A stretch of 63,588 bases of DNA, filler included, from Lenisia limosa (lineage: Eukaryota > Protista > Breviatea): the NCBI GenBank assembly GCA_001655205.1. It is 15 parts of 15 records of this genome, joined end to end, with 100 filler letters (N's around TTAATTAATTAA, not from the genome) between each part and the next. Parts side by side here need not be neighbours in the genome. Positions count along the whole stretch, not along the records: positions 51,179 to 60,356 come from LPNZ01008346.1; positions 60,457 to 62,302 come from LPNZ01004545.1; positions 62,403 to 63,588 come from LPNZ01000454.1; 12 more parts are not named here. One strand, written 5' to 3'. The position numbers and the translations under genes were made by a program. Below are positions 51,730-63,588 of this stretch, in pieces; position 1 is the first letter of the stretch; the number at the start of each line of letters is the position of its first letter. The notes below the pieces were generated by a model, which ran no database searches, was not told where the DNA came from, and saw nothing but the letters and a program-made list of their open reading frames with translations.

Positions 51730-54700
51730 ACAGACGGTCAAATTTTTGATTCTGAATTGATGCACCACCAACTGTCCATATTGGTGAAGGTGTTGTGGAA
51801 GTGCTCCGGCTGTACCGTCATAGTCGTTCTCGAGATATTGGGCTAGGTGATCAGAGGAACAAATGGGTTATGGAAAGATGGAAATCCGGATTTAACCTGT
51901 CAGAGCCCGGAAAAAGAAAGTTTATGAGGAATCTCTTTTGGGCAGAAGCCCGAAATATTACACCCAGTTCAGATGCAAAAAAAAAAAAAAAAAAAAAAAN
52001 NNNNNNNNNNNNNNNNNNNNNNNNNNNNNNNNNNNNNNNNNNNNNNNNATTGTCCGCATACCGCAAAAGCAGAGTGGTACACCTTGTGGTTTTCTGAGTG
52101 CTTGCTCCTGATGCCGTAAGAAACGTATAATTGTTTAGCAAATCACTACACGCTCACTCCTCTCAAAATCTGACATCCCAAACTAAACAAAATACACCTA
52201 CACACAAAACCTTGAAGTTACACACAAAACCTTGGAAGCAATACCAGAATCAAAAAGATATCAACCCAGAGAAAGCAGATACTCTGTCTCATATGCATAT
52301 GATATGTCTCATATGCATATGATATGTATCATATGTAGAGATTAGAGGGTATCTGGCCGAGGCCCAAAAGAGAAAAAAGTCCCCGTATCTAGGGCTTCAC
52401 TTCGTTTCGAAAAAAGACTAAATTTCTCAATAAATCTTTGGAAACTATCGATATTTTACTGGTCTTTTTCGAACCGAGGTGAAGTCCTAGCCCCCATCGC
52501 ACTTTTTGGTGGGTCGGATCAACAAGCCGTTGTTGAAGAGGAAATTAATGGTGTTGTAGACGTCCGTCACATTGTAGTGTAACAACATGGGGCCAAGGAC
52601 CTGTGAGTGTCAAGCGTTTCAAGTGTGAGGTCATATTTAAACACTTAAACCATCTTGACCAGTAATACACCACATAAATTCCACTGAAAAATTACCATCC
52701 CTCAACAATATTCGCCAACCTCGGGCGCGTAGCTACCTTCGGAGTGTTCAGAGAGGGCCGCAAGGAGGATGGAGGGCAGCGTAGAGGGGTGAAGCGGACG
52801 ACTGGGTGATACTTCAGGGGAACCAATGGGATGGATATAGCCGTCCTGGAAATGTTACAACTTTTCTTTAGTGTCAGCTATCAAATCTGGTCAGTTTTAT
52901 ACACTTTCTTTAACATAGTATATGATATATATACAGATACAGTATATGATATACAGTATATACAGAGAATATAATTATCAGATATATATACCCCAGGAAA
53001 CACCGCAGCACTGCCTACTGGAACTTTCGTGTACCCTGGCGGGTCCATTGGAAGAACAAGAACCCTTGACACCAGCCGGTTGATAAACTCACGGTGCTAG
53101 GCAAATAAGGGGCAAATAAGAAGGTTGTTGCAAGTCGGTCAAGACTTATCCCAGTAACTGTATGCACATACTATATACTATATCAATATCATCATATAGT
53201 ACTAGTATATAATATAATTTAGTTGACAAATAGGTAAATAAGGGCGAGTTAAGATCATGGTTATCATTAATATGATGGCAACAGATGTAGCAACAGGGTT
53301 ATGATATGTCCATCAATATATTCATACTACGGGAAAAAAGGTGCAAGGTACTAGTATATTATATGATAAACATGTATCAATGTGTTAACAAAAAGAATTA
53401 ATTACAACTATTATGAAAATTTCAGAGAAGTATAAACTGAAGAATATGATAAACACAAAGCTATTCAGGGTCAGCCCCTTCTACGTTTCCTTCCTTGTAG
53501 GGTTTTACCAGGGATGGAATCAAGTTGTCAAACTAAAAAAGTGAAACAAGACCGTCAACCAATGGGAGCTCAGATTTACTAAGTATGTTGCCTGGAATTC
53601 ATCGGAACCGTTGCATACCAGAGGGGGAGGAAGGTAGAGTCTCGGCATGCGCGACAGGAGGAAGTGGCCTTCCCAGGATTGGTACACTGTGTGCAGGAGG
53701 CGGCTCAACTGCGGGGGGGGGGGGGGNNNNNNNNNNNNNNNNNNNNNNNNNNNNNNNNNNNNNNNNNNNNNNNNNNNNNNNNNNNNNNNNNNNNNNNNNN
53801 NNNNNNNNNNNNNNNNNNNNNNNNNNNNNNNNNNNNNNNNNNNNNNNNNNNNNNNNNNNNNCCACAAAAAGAAAAAAATTCAGTTCTCTAGGCTAAATGT
53901 GCGACAAATTAAACATAAAAAAAAAGCACCTTGTAAACACTGAGGATGTGAGAGTAGAAGAGTACAACACTCACAGTGCTCTTTGGAGGGACGCTTTCGA
54001 AGAGTTTGGCAGCAACAAAGGCGTGTTGAAGTTCGAATATCGGCACCTTGATCCGGGTTGCCATTCTAGGGGGTCAGAAGAAGAACAGAATCAAACTCCA
54101 ATTTATTATGTCACAGTTTTAAAGAATACATAAAGTGTATAGAGTATATAAAATCATATGGATAAGGTAGAAACTGATGAACAGAGCAGAAAATGACCCC
54201 CCCCCCCNNNNNNNNNNNNNNNNNNNNNNNNNNNNNNNNNNNNNNNNNNNNNNNNNNNNNNNNNNNNNNNNNNNNNNNNNNNNNNNNNNNNNNNNNNNNN
54301 NNNNNNNNNNNNNNNNNNNNNNNNNNNNNNNNNNNNNNNNNNNNNCTGACCGGTTTTTGGAGAGGAGCTAAATAGGCATATTGTAAGGGCGAGGGAGGAG
54401 AAGTTGTTTTTGAAAAGCACATTGCCGATGAAGAAATAACATGCTCATTATACACATACATACATGCGCATAATACATGGTATGGTCATAATACATGGTA
54501 TGGTCATAATACGTGCACATAATAGCATTCTGCTGTAGGGAGACATAACGACCTTGCTCCACCCCTCACCATTGGAACAAAGTGCGTTCTCCATCCACGC
54601 CATCTGGGCACTGTTTTCCAGGGAATCAGCGAAGACGTCACCAGGCAGTTGGTAGATGTCGGGTTGGACATTGATTTGGTACTATGGCGGTCAGAGAGGA

Positions 54701-57700
54701 GAATTGTGGGTGAGAGGATTTATGAAACAAGCAATAGCCCCCCCCCCAAAAAAAAAATAAAATATTTAAAAAAATAATACATAATAATGATAATAAAAAT
54801 AAGCATCGCTATGAGAGTGTCTCATAAAGCCATTAAAATATAACCCAACATTAGTACCATCACCCATGTGAATATGACTGTGAGGGTATAAATATAACCC
54901 AACATTAGTACCATCACCCATGTGAATATGACTCTGAGGGTATAGGTAGCACCATCACCCATGTGAATTTGGTTTAGGTAGGGAAGCCCTAGGTATAGGG
55001 GTACTCACCTTTCCAAGCATGAACCGAGCAGCCTTATACACGTCATTCAAATGCCACTCAATTGACCTGAGGGGGTCATAAATATTACTTGTACAATATC
55101 CGAATTGAGAGTCTCAGATTGCGACAACAGAGCAGAGATATCAGGAATATTTTGATAAATAGCAATCATTATTTTCACTCTTATCTGTGCAGATAGAATA
55201 CTCCACATTCGCCCCTTACTCCTGCAGTTCCTGTGCTCTAAATGCGGGGGGCTTCAAAGTGGCCGAAGGAGTTCTGGCCCCACGAGGCTGAAGAAGTGAC
55301 GATGTAGTTAATTCAGAACAACAAGGAGATTGATAGGTTTTCTCGGTATAGTTAATTGAGAACATTTGCATGGTATATGATATGTAGTTACATGAGAACA
55401 ATAATAATTTTGATAGATTTGCACGGCGGTATATATAGCAATGAGAAATAAAAAAATAAGTTTGTATCAGGCGGAAGCCATCCACGCCATCACGCTTTTA
55501 AGAGATATTGATCGGGGATATTATCCTATTAATTCACCCAATCATTTGCCTTACAACTCTGTGCAAACAGCTTACTGCGCGCCTTTACACGGTGGTGTAA
55601 TTAAATAACAATAATGTGTTTGATAGATTTGCACGTTATACATGTAGTTATTTACTCAGTTGTAATATCATACTAAGAATGCCCAGGATATTGAATCCCC
55701 CCACAAAGCCCAGGATATTGAATCCCCCCCACAATGCTTGGCTTGGCGATGGTGCTGATGCCACCAAGAATTTCCATTCGGCGGGTTTGGACAAGAATGC
55801 GCAGTGTTGATTCGGCTGTAGCGTAAGAGTGGAAGTGTTGTTAAGGTGTCTGAGATTTACAAGGGGAAGTCAATCATATATGGTGCCCTCTCTCTCCACC
55901 ACGTACCCCTCCCACATATCTGCAGCTTCACAGCTGCCTCCGGAAGGCCCTCGTCACTCATGGCTTGCGCCAACTCGTCCACTCCCGCAAGCTGGGCTGA
56001 AGAGTGCTCACTACTGTGTCAGGGGGTGGGGGGAGTAAAATTGGAAAATTTATGGAACAAAAGCCCAAATCAACTCTGTTGGTTGACAACACACAGGGTT
56101 AATAACAAAAAAAAACAAACAAAGCCTAGGTCGGTCGCTTCTGCAGCACCGCATCCCATCACTCAAACAAAGCCCAGGCCACTCTCTTCTGCAGCACCGC
56201 ATCCCATCACCCCAGCGTTGGGGGGGGGGGAGTGCTCATAAAAAAGGCACGAGAAAGAAACTATTATTAAAACATGTACGCATAAGCTGTGGCCTATATA
56301 TGGTTGTATAATACCGATCAGTTCCAAGTAGGGCTTGACTTCGTTGTCTATAAATCCTCGAAAACTGTGATAATGTCCAGGTTTTTTCGAACCGAAGTGA
56401 AGCCCTATGACAGCCTCGCATCAATCGCCCACTAGTCAGTTGAGCCAGTCCACTCTTCAACTCTTGACATGAGAGTGTAGAAGGAAGACCCGTCGTCTTT
56501 GACTCGAACAGTGATGCCCTCGATTCCACTGGTCACGTTGACTGCCTGCGGAATGTAAGGCATTCGCAGGTAATTGGCAGTCACAGCCATGAAGCTTATC
56601 AAAGTTTTAATAAGCTGCAAGCAATTTTACTCGATATTTGCAAAGAGACGAATAGTCATGCATTTGATCTTTTGATCATGAATAGATAATCGAATATCAC
56701 ACCGTTGTTCTTATCTAATTAGTATTAACCCCACCGAAGGGCTGAGGAACGCTGTTTTGAGAGTTTCCCAGAGTTTCTGGGGGTTGGACACGGGGATAGG
56801 TTTCGAAGCCGTGATGAACGAAGGAAGGTCTATGGAAGTCAGAAATGCAGAGTTCAAGAGAAAGAGGCAAGAACGTCAGGGCAATCAATTAGTATCAAAA
56901 TGATCCACAACGGTAATTAAAATCCAATGAGTCTGAAATAATACAAGAAAACACGCACCAAGGAACTCATTGACGGTAATGGAGTGTGTTCCGGACAGCG
57001 GGACTTCACTGGTGAAACAATGGCGAAGTAGCGGCCTTTCCTCTGTCAGAAGTCCTGGCATGGAGTGAGTACCTTGCATCAGCTTCAAAAATGTTCATAG
57101 AGATATTGATATGTAAAATAATTAAGAAACAATTCCGACCCCCCACCAATCATGATGAGGGGGTATAGAGTTTGCGCGAGGCGCGTGAGGGATTGCGCGG
57201 ATGTTGGCGCAATTTCGGTGGACAGCACGCTGGGAAGATGGCTGAACGGGTTAGTGCGGGAGAATAATAGTAACCAAAAACAAAGGGCAAAGGAAAACGA
57301 ATTAAAAATCAACATCTCTCTGGGGTTATCCCTTTCGGTTTGAAAACAAAACAAAACAAAAACAAGAATGGGAGGAGGGGGTATTGTGAGAATTGGGTTT
57401 CATATGCAGTACGCTAATCACGTGAGAAAGGAAAGATATTGTCTCAAAAACTTGGATGTGTCACGCACGACTCGACTGTTATCAGGAGCGAAAAGGCCAC
57501 AGACCTCATTTTGAGCTTTCTGTTTTCGGGATCCTCAAGCCCTGAAACCTGGGTGGAGTCAGGCTGAACAGAGGGGGAGGAAATGTCGGATGGAGGGAGT
57601 GTAGGTACAAAAAAAATAAACTAATGTTCACGCTGCCTTGTCAAACAAAAATAGCTACTATCATCAATACAAGATAACCTTGGTGATAAGAACTCATCCT

Positions 57701-60345
57701 ATTAACCTTTATGAATATGATATGATGATATGGCATTCACGTGTAGTACACGGTTTGGGGTACACACGCATTCAGCTATCCACTATTCACTATTGCCCAT
57801 ATCAGATTAGCACATACAATGAAGTTGAAGCCAATGATCTGAAGGAAGGACTCCAAAGGAAGGCTCATGATGAAGTCCTCCAGCACAATCTAAAGAGGTT
57901 AAAAAGTAGTAAATGTTACCAAAAAGACATCCCCATTTTGAGCCCCACTTTGTTGCTGCCTGTCTCCTGGGTGTACGCGTGGATAGCAGAATGGGCTACC
58001 TGACAGAGGTAAACACTGGTGCAGGACGGCGGAAATAGGAAATTTATATTGTATCTTGAGTGAAAATTGTGGCAAATTCTGTTGCTCAACTTCCATATCA
58101 ATGTTACAGCCCCACGCCCTCACTACACCCTCCCACGATATCCGCATGTCCGTACTGACAGCCCACCCTCCCACGATATCCGCATGTCCGTACTGACAGC
58201 CCACCCTCCCCTCATATAGAGCTTACCGCTGCCCTCAGCATAGTTGACGCTATGAAGCCGTAGTTGCGATACACCACTAAGAAGTCAGGAAAAAGCATGT
58301 TTCAAGAAATGATAGATAGTAGTCAAGTTTACATTGTCATTGATCATAGTCATGTAGCTGCTTCACAAAACCAGGTGCATTTAGATACTGGTTATATCCC
58401 CCAACCCAGCCGATTGATCCTTAAAAGAGTATTATTGTCAAATAATATTTAAGTATCAGGGGATTATTTCGAGCTGATACGACAAAGCTTCATGACTCAA
58501 AGAGCCGCCAACCCACCTTGACCAGCTCTGAAGTTCTTCAGCTGGCTTGACGAGATGTTCTTGAGGAAGACCGCGAGGGCAGGATCGTCTTGCGGCACCG
58601 AGCTGTGGACCACAATGAACGCTGAAGCGGTTAGTTGGCCTGTAAATGCAATGTGGGTCGTGGGATTGTATAAAAGTGTTTACATTTTTTGTCTTTGATT
58701 GCCGGAAAGAAAAAACAAAAAAGAATAGAAAGAAAAAACAAAAAGAATATCCCACCAAAACCAAGCAATGTTGATATACCTCCAAAACCAAGCAATGTTA
58801 ATATCCCCCCAAAACCAAGCAATTGTTAATATCCACCAAGAANNNNNNNNNNNGCAGTGGTACCTTTTTCAACCAGACTCGGTTGGTGGACGCTAGCTGT
58901 TTTGGGTAAGGGGCTGCATAAAAAAAAGTATGATATTTTTGCCTCGAAAATATGTATATCTGAGCCAAAGTTGTGAAATAATAAGCTTGGAATTTAAATA
59001 AAAAACCAAATGTGAGGCTCTCAAAGTGATATTTATTAATAGAGATCGGGATAAGTGGGATTCCTGACAAAGGTCCNNNNNNNNNNNNNNNNNNNNNNNN
59101 NNNNNNNNNNNNNNNNNNNNNNNNNNNNNNNNNNNNNNNNNNNNNNNNNNNNNNNNNNNNNNNNNNNNNNNNATATTGATATTTTACCGCCTTGGGAGGA
59201 CACCCGTCCAGCATACAGTCAAGAGGACCTTCTCAATGTACTTGTACGAACAGAGGCCGAACCGAGTGAGATTGGGGTGCTGCGGTATTAAACAAGGATT
59301 TAACTCCATACTAGGAGAAATATTGACAAGAAGCTCCAAGAAGATAAACTGTTCATACCACCAAGATCTCAGTACCGCATACAGAGTTGATGATATGACG
59401 AAGCTGAGTTGACACCGCAAAGCGATTGGCCATAATAGTGTTCTCAACACAGCGCATCCTTGCCGTAAAGATGCTACGGGTGTTATAAAAACGCAACAAA
59501 AAAGGATACGGAGTGCTGGGCGGATGGAAACTTAATAAAGCGAAGATAGTCACTAACAAAACAAAAAAAAAACCCCAACAATCTATCATTTGTGTCGATT
59601 ATTGCTTTTCGTACTGTAAAGACCATAAGCAAGGCCACTGCCCCTCACAGTTTTTTCTCCTTGGTGGTGCGTCCAACAAGCTTATGCTTCTTACGGGGGG
59701 CCACTACTGGGATTAGAGGCATGGATAGAGGCAAATGGAATTCTTGGTGGAGTATCAGTCTTTCGAGACCAATGTGGTGTACTTTGATATTATGACCGAA
59801 CAGAAGTTCAAGGGATTATAGCATACGGAGTTTTGCAAGGAAGTTGATATCTAACAATGGAGCAAATACATGTAGGTAGTCCACTCACAACTTGCTTCAG
59901 CGATTACCGCAGGCAAAGTGCTGAGGAGGCCGTCATTGCTTTCACTGAACTGAACAGTTGGTATAGAGGGGGGTGCTGCTTCTTCTTCCATTGTAACTTC
60001 CTCCAAAGTAGGCAGTGTCGAGAGTTGACAAGGTTCCTGGGGGAATGGCTCGGTTGGTATTGAGGGCTCAACTTCCTAGGTACGTTATCGAAGAGGGGCT
60101 CGCGAAAATGAAATAAGTGGGAATATATCATAGTTACTGTATATGCAGTCATGTATGATAGTTCAAAAGTACAAACGTAGTCAGTCAGAAGGACGGGGGG
60201 ATGTTTTGGTGCGTGGTGAGTGGAACATTTAGCTCACCATTGAGTCTTGACTCTGGGGCTGAATGAACATAGGGAACAGAGGAACTGATGGTGGTTCCAA
60301 TGAAGGAACTTCGGGGGCACCAAGAATGCTGTCTCCAAAGTCCTG
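51730..60345 (-). CDS. GTF3C1: Probable TFIIIC B-block-binding subunit (tau138/GTF3C1-like), 5'-truncated, >20 exons
   Basis: YRNYGFIASTMLRAA|VAHSAIHAY and IVLEDFIMSLPLESFLQII..LEDPENRKLKMR resemble GTF3C1 GFLPKMPRLRVVH and SDILLCLPLSIFIQIV..LNDP.KKH (recalled from memory, not searched); the C-terminal VLGPMLLHYNVTDVYNTINFLFNNGLL looks like a winged-helix segment. Confidence 0.55.
52390..52489. mobile_element. M1 MITE, full length
   Basis: TAGGGCTTCACTTCGTTTCGAAAA...TTTTTCGAACCGAGGTGAAGTCCTA. Confidence 0.88.
54838..54968. repeat. 54-bp intronic tandem duplication x2.4
   Basis: AATATAACCCAACATTAGTACCATCACCCATGTGAATATGACT(G/C)TGAGGGTATA repeated. Confidence 0.9.
55430..55590 (-). mobile_element. 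R2 copy flanked by a 29-bp direct repeat
   Basis: Flanks 55397-55425 and 55607-55635 are 26/29 identical; the element ends (minus strand) in CTCATTGCTATATATA. Confidence 0.78.
56026..56216 (-). repeat. R3 copy with tandemly duplicated head, at the 3' end of a GTF3C1-like intron
   Basis: GCTGGGGTGATGGGATGCGGTGCTGCAGAAG.. twice, then ..CCAACAGAGTTGATTTGGGCTTTTGTTCCATAAATTTTCCAATTTTACTCCCCC; acceptor AG at 56014-56015. Confidence 0.85.
56329..56407. mobile_element. M1 MITE, internally deleted
   Basis: TAGGGCTTGACTTCG...TTTTTTCGAACCGAAGTGAAGCCCTA. Confidence 0.85.
58125..58211. repeat. 38-bp intronic tandem duplication x2.2
   Basis: CACCCTCCCACGATATCCGCATGTCCGTACTGACAGCC repeated. Confidence 0.9.
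58752..58840. repeat. ~27-bp intronic tandem repeat x3
   Basis: CCAAAACCAAGCAATGTT(G/A)ATAT repeated. Confidence 0.85.
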
Positions 60346-60456
60346 GGGGGGGGGGGNNNNNNNNNNNNNNNNNNNNNNNNNNNNNNNNNNNNNNNNNNNN
60401 TTAATTAATTAANNNNNNNNNNNNNNNNNNNNNNNNNNNNNNNNNNNNNNNNNNNN

Positions 60457-61975
60457 CCCCGGCCGAGGAAACGTCAGGTGGTGGAGGAGGACTTCCCTCT
60501 AGGGCCAGGCCTGGACAGTGAGCATTGGTGAAAGGCTGGAACAATGTACTATGAGTACTATAGAGCTTCACTTCGATCCGAAAAAGTCTGAAAATTATCG
60601 ATATGTTATCAGTCTTGTTATCATATTATCGATTTTACTTCTCTACTTGATGTAACTCATTATCTGCTCCAGGTGATACGCTGTTAAAAGGAATGGGAAG
60701 TAATGATTTAGAGATGCGACACAGCAACAAATTGATACATAAACTGCTTTTCTTGCTCATTCATTTCAACATAATGAAATAAAAATTACCCCTACTCCAT
60801 TAACCCGGCTTCACTTCGGTTTGAAAAATACCGGTAAAATATCGATAATTTTCGAGGATTTATCGAGATTTTCAGTCTTTTTTCGAACCGAAGTGAAGCC
60901 CTACCTACACCCTAAGTTCGATTCCAAAAGTAAAGTATCAATCGTTATCGTGTCCAACTCTCTCAACCATAAAAATACACATCTAAACTTCATGGGGCTT
61001 TCACGCAACCTTGAGTTCCTTTCTATCTCCCCCTCCCACTCACCAACAGGCCCCCTCCCGGGTAAGGGGAGCGGTAAGCGGCCCAATATGCCCTCAGCGG
61101 TGGTCTTCCCGGCCTGGCCCAGAAAGGCTGGAGAATAAGTGCAGGAGTGTGTGCAGGAAATTGCGAAAATGCCAACGACAGAGAAGAGGGAAATGCCAGC
61201 AACAGAGATGAGGGAATTACTAACAATATATGATCTGCCAACAACAATTGCCAACAACAGAGATGTACAAATTTGAAATTAATTGTATCAATATCTAACT
61301 GAGAGAACACTACTCCAAAGAACCTGGGTCACATTTGATACCAAGAGAATTGGCAGAAATTTTCGGCTCAGAAAACCGAAAGCCATCACTCTATTCTATG
61401 CTTCATAATACAACAAAACATCTCTTCCATCCCTTTTTATAACTACAGACAAGAAATTACAAACTTCATTTTTGTATCAGACCAAAAACTGGCATAAAGC
61501 GACACAAACATGGAAAGAAGACAGGTTGCCCCTCACGTTTCACTGAAGTCGGCATTCTCATCGTCTCTCCACAGCTGGCCTTCAATATCGCCGAGAAGGG
61601 CGACGGGGAGCAAAGGGCGCCTGGATCCCTCGCCCGATGAAGCTTTTGACGCGACCTGCCTTCTTGCGCAATTCTATGGTCCTTACTATATTAACGGGAA
61701 TGAGTTGACATTCTTAATTTCACACTTTAAGAGCTTTTGAAGCTTTGAAGCTTTGTGACCTTAAAAAATGAACTGAACTATCCGATCCGAGGTCTTTTAA
61801 AGAAAAACAAAGACTCTGAGAAGCGTCTTCAATTCTTCAGTTCTGCTATTCCACTTAATAACATCTTGTAAGTGTGGCACAATGGTTAAGTACAAGGCGA
61901 ACCTGTTTGAGGACCTCGCCAACAAGGTCACTGTTGCTGAGTTCGGAGACAAGGGGAGAGGTGCGTTTGGCAGCT
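60457..61975. CDS. Unidentified coding fragments (strand ambiguous)
   Basis: GC-richer exon-like islands at ~60457-60530, 61030-61130, 61530-61670 and 61880-61955; no family recognised. Confidence 0.25.
60561..60615. mobile_element. M1 MITE left part
   Basis: TAGAGCTTCACTTCGATCCGAAAAAGTCTGAAAATTATCGATA. Confidence 0.7.
60806..60903. mobile_element. M1 MITE
   Basis: GGCTTCACTTCGGTTTGAAAAATACCGG...TTTTTTCGAACCGAAGTGAAGCCCTA. Confidence 0.88.
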
Positions 61976-62418
61976 TGTCATGCAATGATGGCAGTACACT
62001 TTCTTCTCATTGGGATAAGGGTGTTACATCATCTTGAGTGGGACAAGGCTATCAGATTTACATATTTCTTTTCTTTGAAGAGGGGGAGTTGTTTTTTGTT
62101 GCAGCGTACACTTACCACCACCCCTCCTCCCCAAAGCATGAAGCCTGAGATTTGTTGTTTTGATAAGAGTTTGTTTTTGTGTTTTTGTCATCTGGTTTTT
62201 GTCTAGTTTTAGCGTTGCTCGTATTTGTTATTGCTTTTTTTTTATTATTATTTTATTATTTATTTTTTGTTGTTGTTGTTTTGTTGTTGTTTTTTTTTTT
62301 TTNNNNNNNNNNNNNNNNNNNNNNNNNNNNNNNNNNNNNNNNNNNNTTAATTAATTAANNNNNNNNNNNNNNNNNNNNNNNNNNNNNNNNNNNNNNNNNN
62401 NNCCCCCCCCCCCTGTAG

Positions 62419-63465
62419 GTTTGCTCGCCGTGTGAGAAAGACTCGTATAGCCCGGGCTATGGCCTTTCGCCCTGTACACCCTGTCCGGGTGCGACCATAA
62501 CAGTGAGGATAACTGGCTAAATTTTACATATTTATGGACGGTGTGATATAGGAAGTAGTTAATTTTCGAAATTAAAGTGTCAAAAATGGCGTCCTCGCTA
62601 CAATATGTCGTCGCAATTCAAATTTCCAATTTTATTCCAGATTGCTCTGTTTCCCCGAGTTTCCAATTCTCACAAAACAGATCAGTCCAAGTTCGGCAAG
62701 TATAGAAGAGTGCCAATGTCCGCCGGCGTACAACCTGACTGTTAATGACGGCATTTTTGAATGTCACTGTCCTCAGGGCTTCGGAACGATGGTGTCCGTA
62801 AATGGAGGTACATGGGGTTGGCGGACCGTAAATGAAGGTACCTGGGGGTTCGGGACTATGGTGTCCGTAAATGAAGATACTTGGGAGTATGCTGGAGTGA
62901 TGGGATGCGGTGCTGCAGTAGCGATTGGCCTGGCCTTTGTTTGTTTTGTTGTTATCAACCCTCGTGTGTTGTCAGCCAACAGAGGTGATTTGGGCTTTTT
63001 GTTTCTTAAATTTTCCAATTTTACCCCCCAAGTCCAATCACTTGCTTCTCATATGACTAGATATGGCTCAATACTCCCTCCCCCTCCCTGTTTGTTTTGT
63101 TGTGTTCCAAGAGCTGATTTTGGGCTTTTTCGTTTTACATTTTTACTTTGTTGGGCTGTTTTAGGTTAAAAAAATTTTCAATTTTACTCCCCCCAGAATA
63201 CGAGTGTGTGGAGTGCAGTATCGGGTCGGAGTCCGTGATCGAGGACGGCATCTCAATTTGCCGCTGTTTTGCTGGGTGGGGGAAGGGGAGATAATTGTTG
63301 CTCTTTTTGCTCTTTCTGGGTAGCTTCTCCATTTTTCGGAGCTGATTTGGCCTTTTTTTTGTTTCATAAATTTTTCATTTTTACTCCCCTACAGATTTGA
63401 AATGAGTAGCACGCACTGTGTGGCTTGTGCAATCGGCTTCTTCAAAAACAGCAATGGAAATGAGG
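62419..63465 (+). CDS. Cysteine-rich repeat (ephrin-receptor-like/GCC2-GCC3-type) putative surface protein, internal exons
   Basis: VCSPCEKDSYSPGYGLSPCTPCP, SASIEECQCPPAY..FECHCPQGFG, EYECVECSIGS, THCVACAIGFFKNSNGNE. Confidence 0.75.
62887..63029 (+). repeat. R3 full-length copy, intronic
   Basis: GTATGCTGGAGTGATGGGATGCGGTGCTGCAGTAGCGATTGGCCTGGCCTTTG...CCAACAGAGGTGATTTGGGCTTTTGTTTCTTAAATTTTCCAATTTTACCCCCC. Confidence 0.85.
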
Positions 63466-63476
63466 TGGGGGGGGGC

Positions 63477-63588
63477 AGAATTGATTTTGGCTTTTTTTTC
63501 CCATAAATTTTCCAATTTTACATGCTGGAGTGATGGGATGCGGTGCTGCTGAAGCGACTGGCCGGGGCCTTGTTTTGTTTTGTTTTGT
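63477..63588 (+). repeat. R3 tail module immediately followed by an R3 head (window end)
   Basis: GAATTGATTTTGGC...CATAAATTTTCCAATTTTAC|ATGCTGGAGTGATGGGATGCGGTGCTGCTGAAGCGACTGGCC. Confidence 0.8.

Noticed and set aside
55430-55590. R2 as a U3/C-D snoRNA or spliceosomal snRNA
   Set aside because: No convincing C/D boxes or U-snRNA motifs, and the copies are diverged and truncated.
51730-60345. MKT1/XPG-like identity for the long minus-strand gene
   Set aside because: The motif order is incompatible; the GTF3C1-like motifs fit better, though still unconfirmed.

Overview
Eukaryotic (protist, probably amoeba-like; taxon not determinable from sequence alone) genomic DNA with the standard genetic code and many short GT-AG introns. 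The window is not one locus: it is 15 small scaffolds joined by an artificial 100-nt linker (44 N + TTAATTAATTAA + 44 N; 14 occurrences), so neighbourhoods across linkers are meaningless and most genes are truncated. Recognisable genes: an IBR + MYCBP2-type RING-Cys-relay (RCR) E3 ligase, an AP-complex mu subunit (AP-4-like), an ankyrin-repeat protein, an MPPED-like metallophosphoesterase, an RS-domain protein, a tandem-CH/coiled-coil actin binder, a divergent proteasome beta7-like subunit, a PKD2-like channel, a dynein light intermediate chain, ELP3, BLOC1S1, AMPK/SNF1 alpha, a probable TFIIIC tau138/GTF3C1 and a Cys-rich surface protein. There is also an intact 5S rRNA gene apparently nested in an intron. 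Mobile DNA includes a ~100-bp hAT-type MITE (at least 16 copies, 8-bp TSDs), two Tc1/pogo-like TIR elements, a pogo DDE transposase fragment and two decayed YqaJ-type exonuclease ORFs. The most striking unexplained structure is a set of dispersed intronic repeats (here R2, R3, R4) that sit almost always in the sense orientation of unrelated host genes and repeatedly supply the polypyrimidine tract just ahead of the 3' splice AG. One 74-nt intron is an imperfect terminal inverted repeat of this module starting exactly at its GT, which suggests introner-like, splice-site-donating elements. No CRISPR array or tRNA was found.
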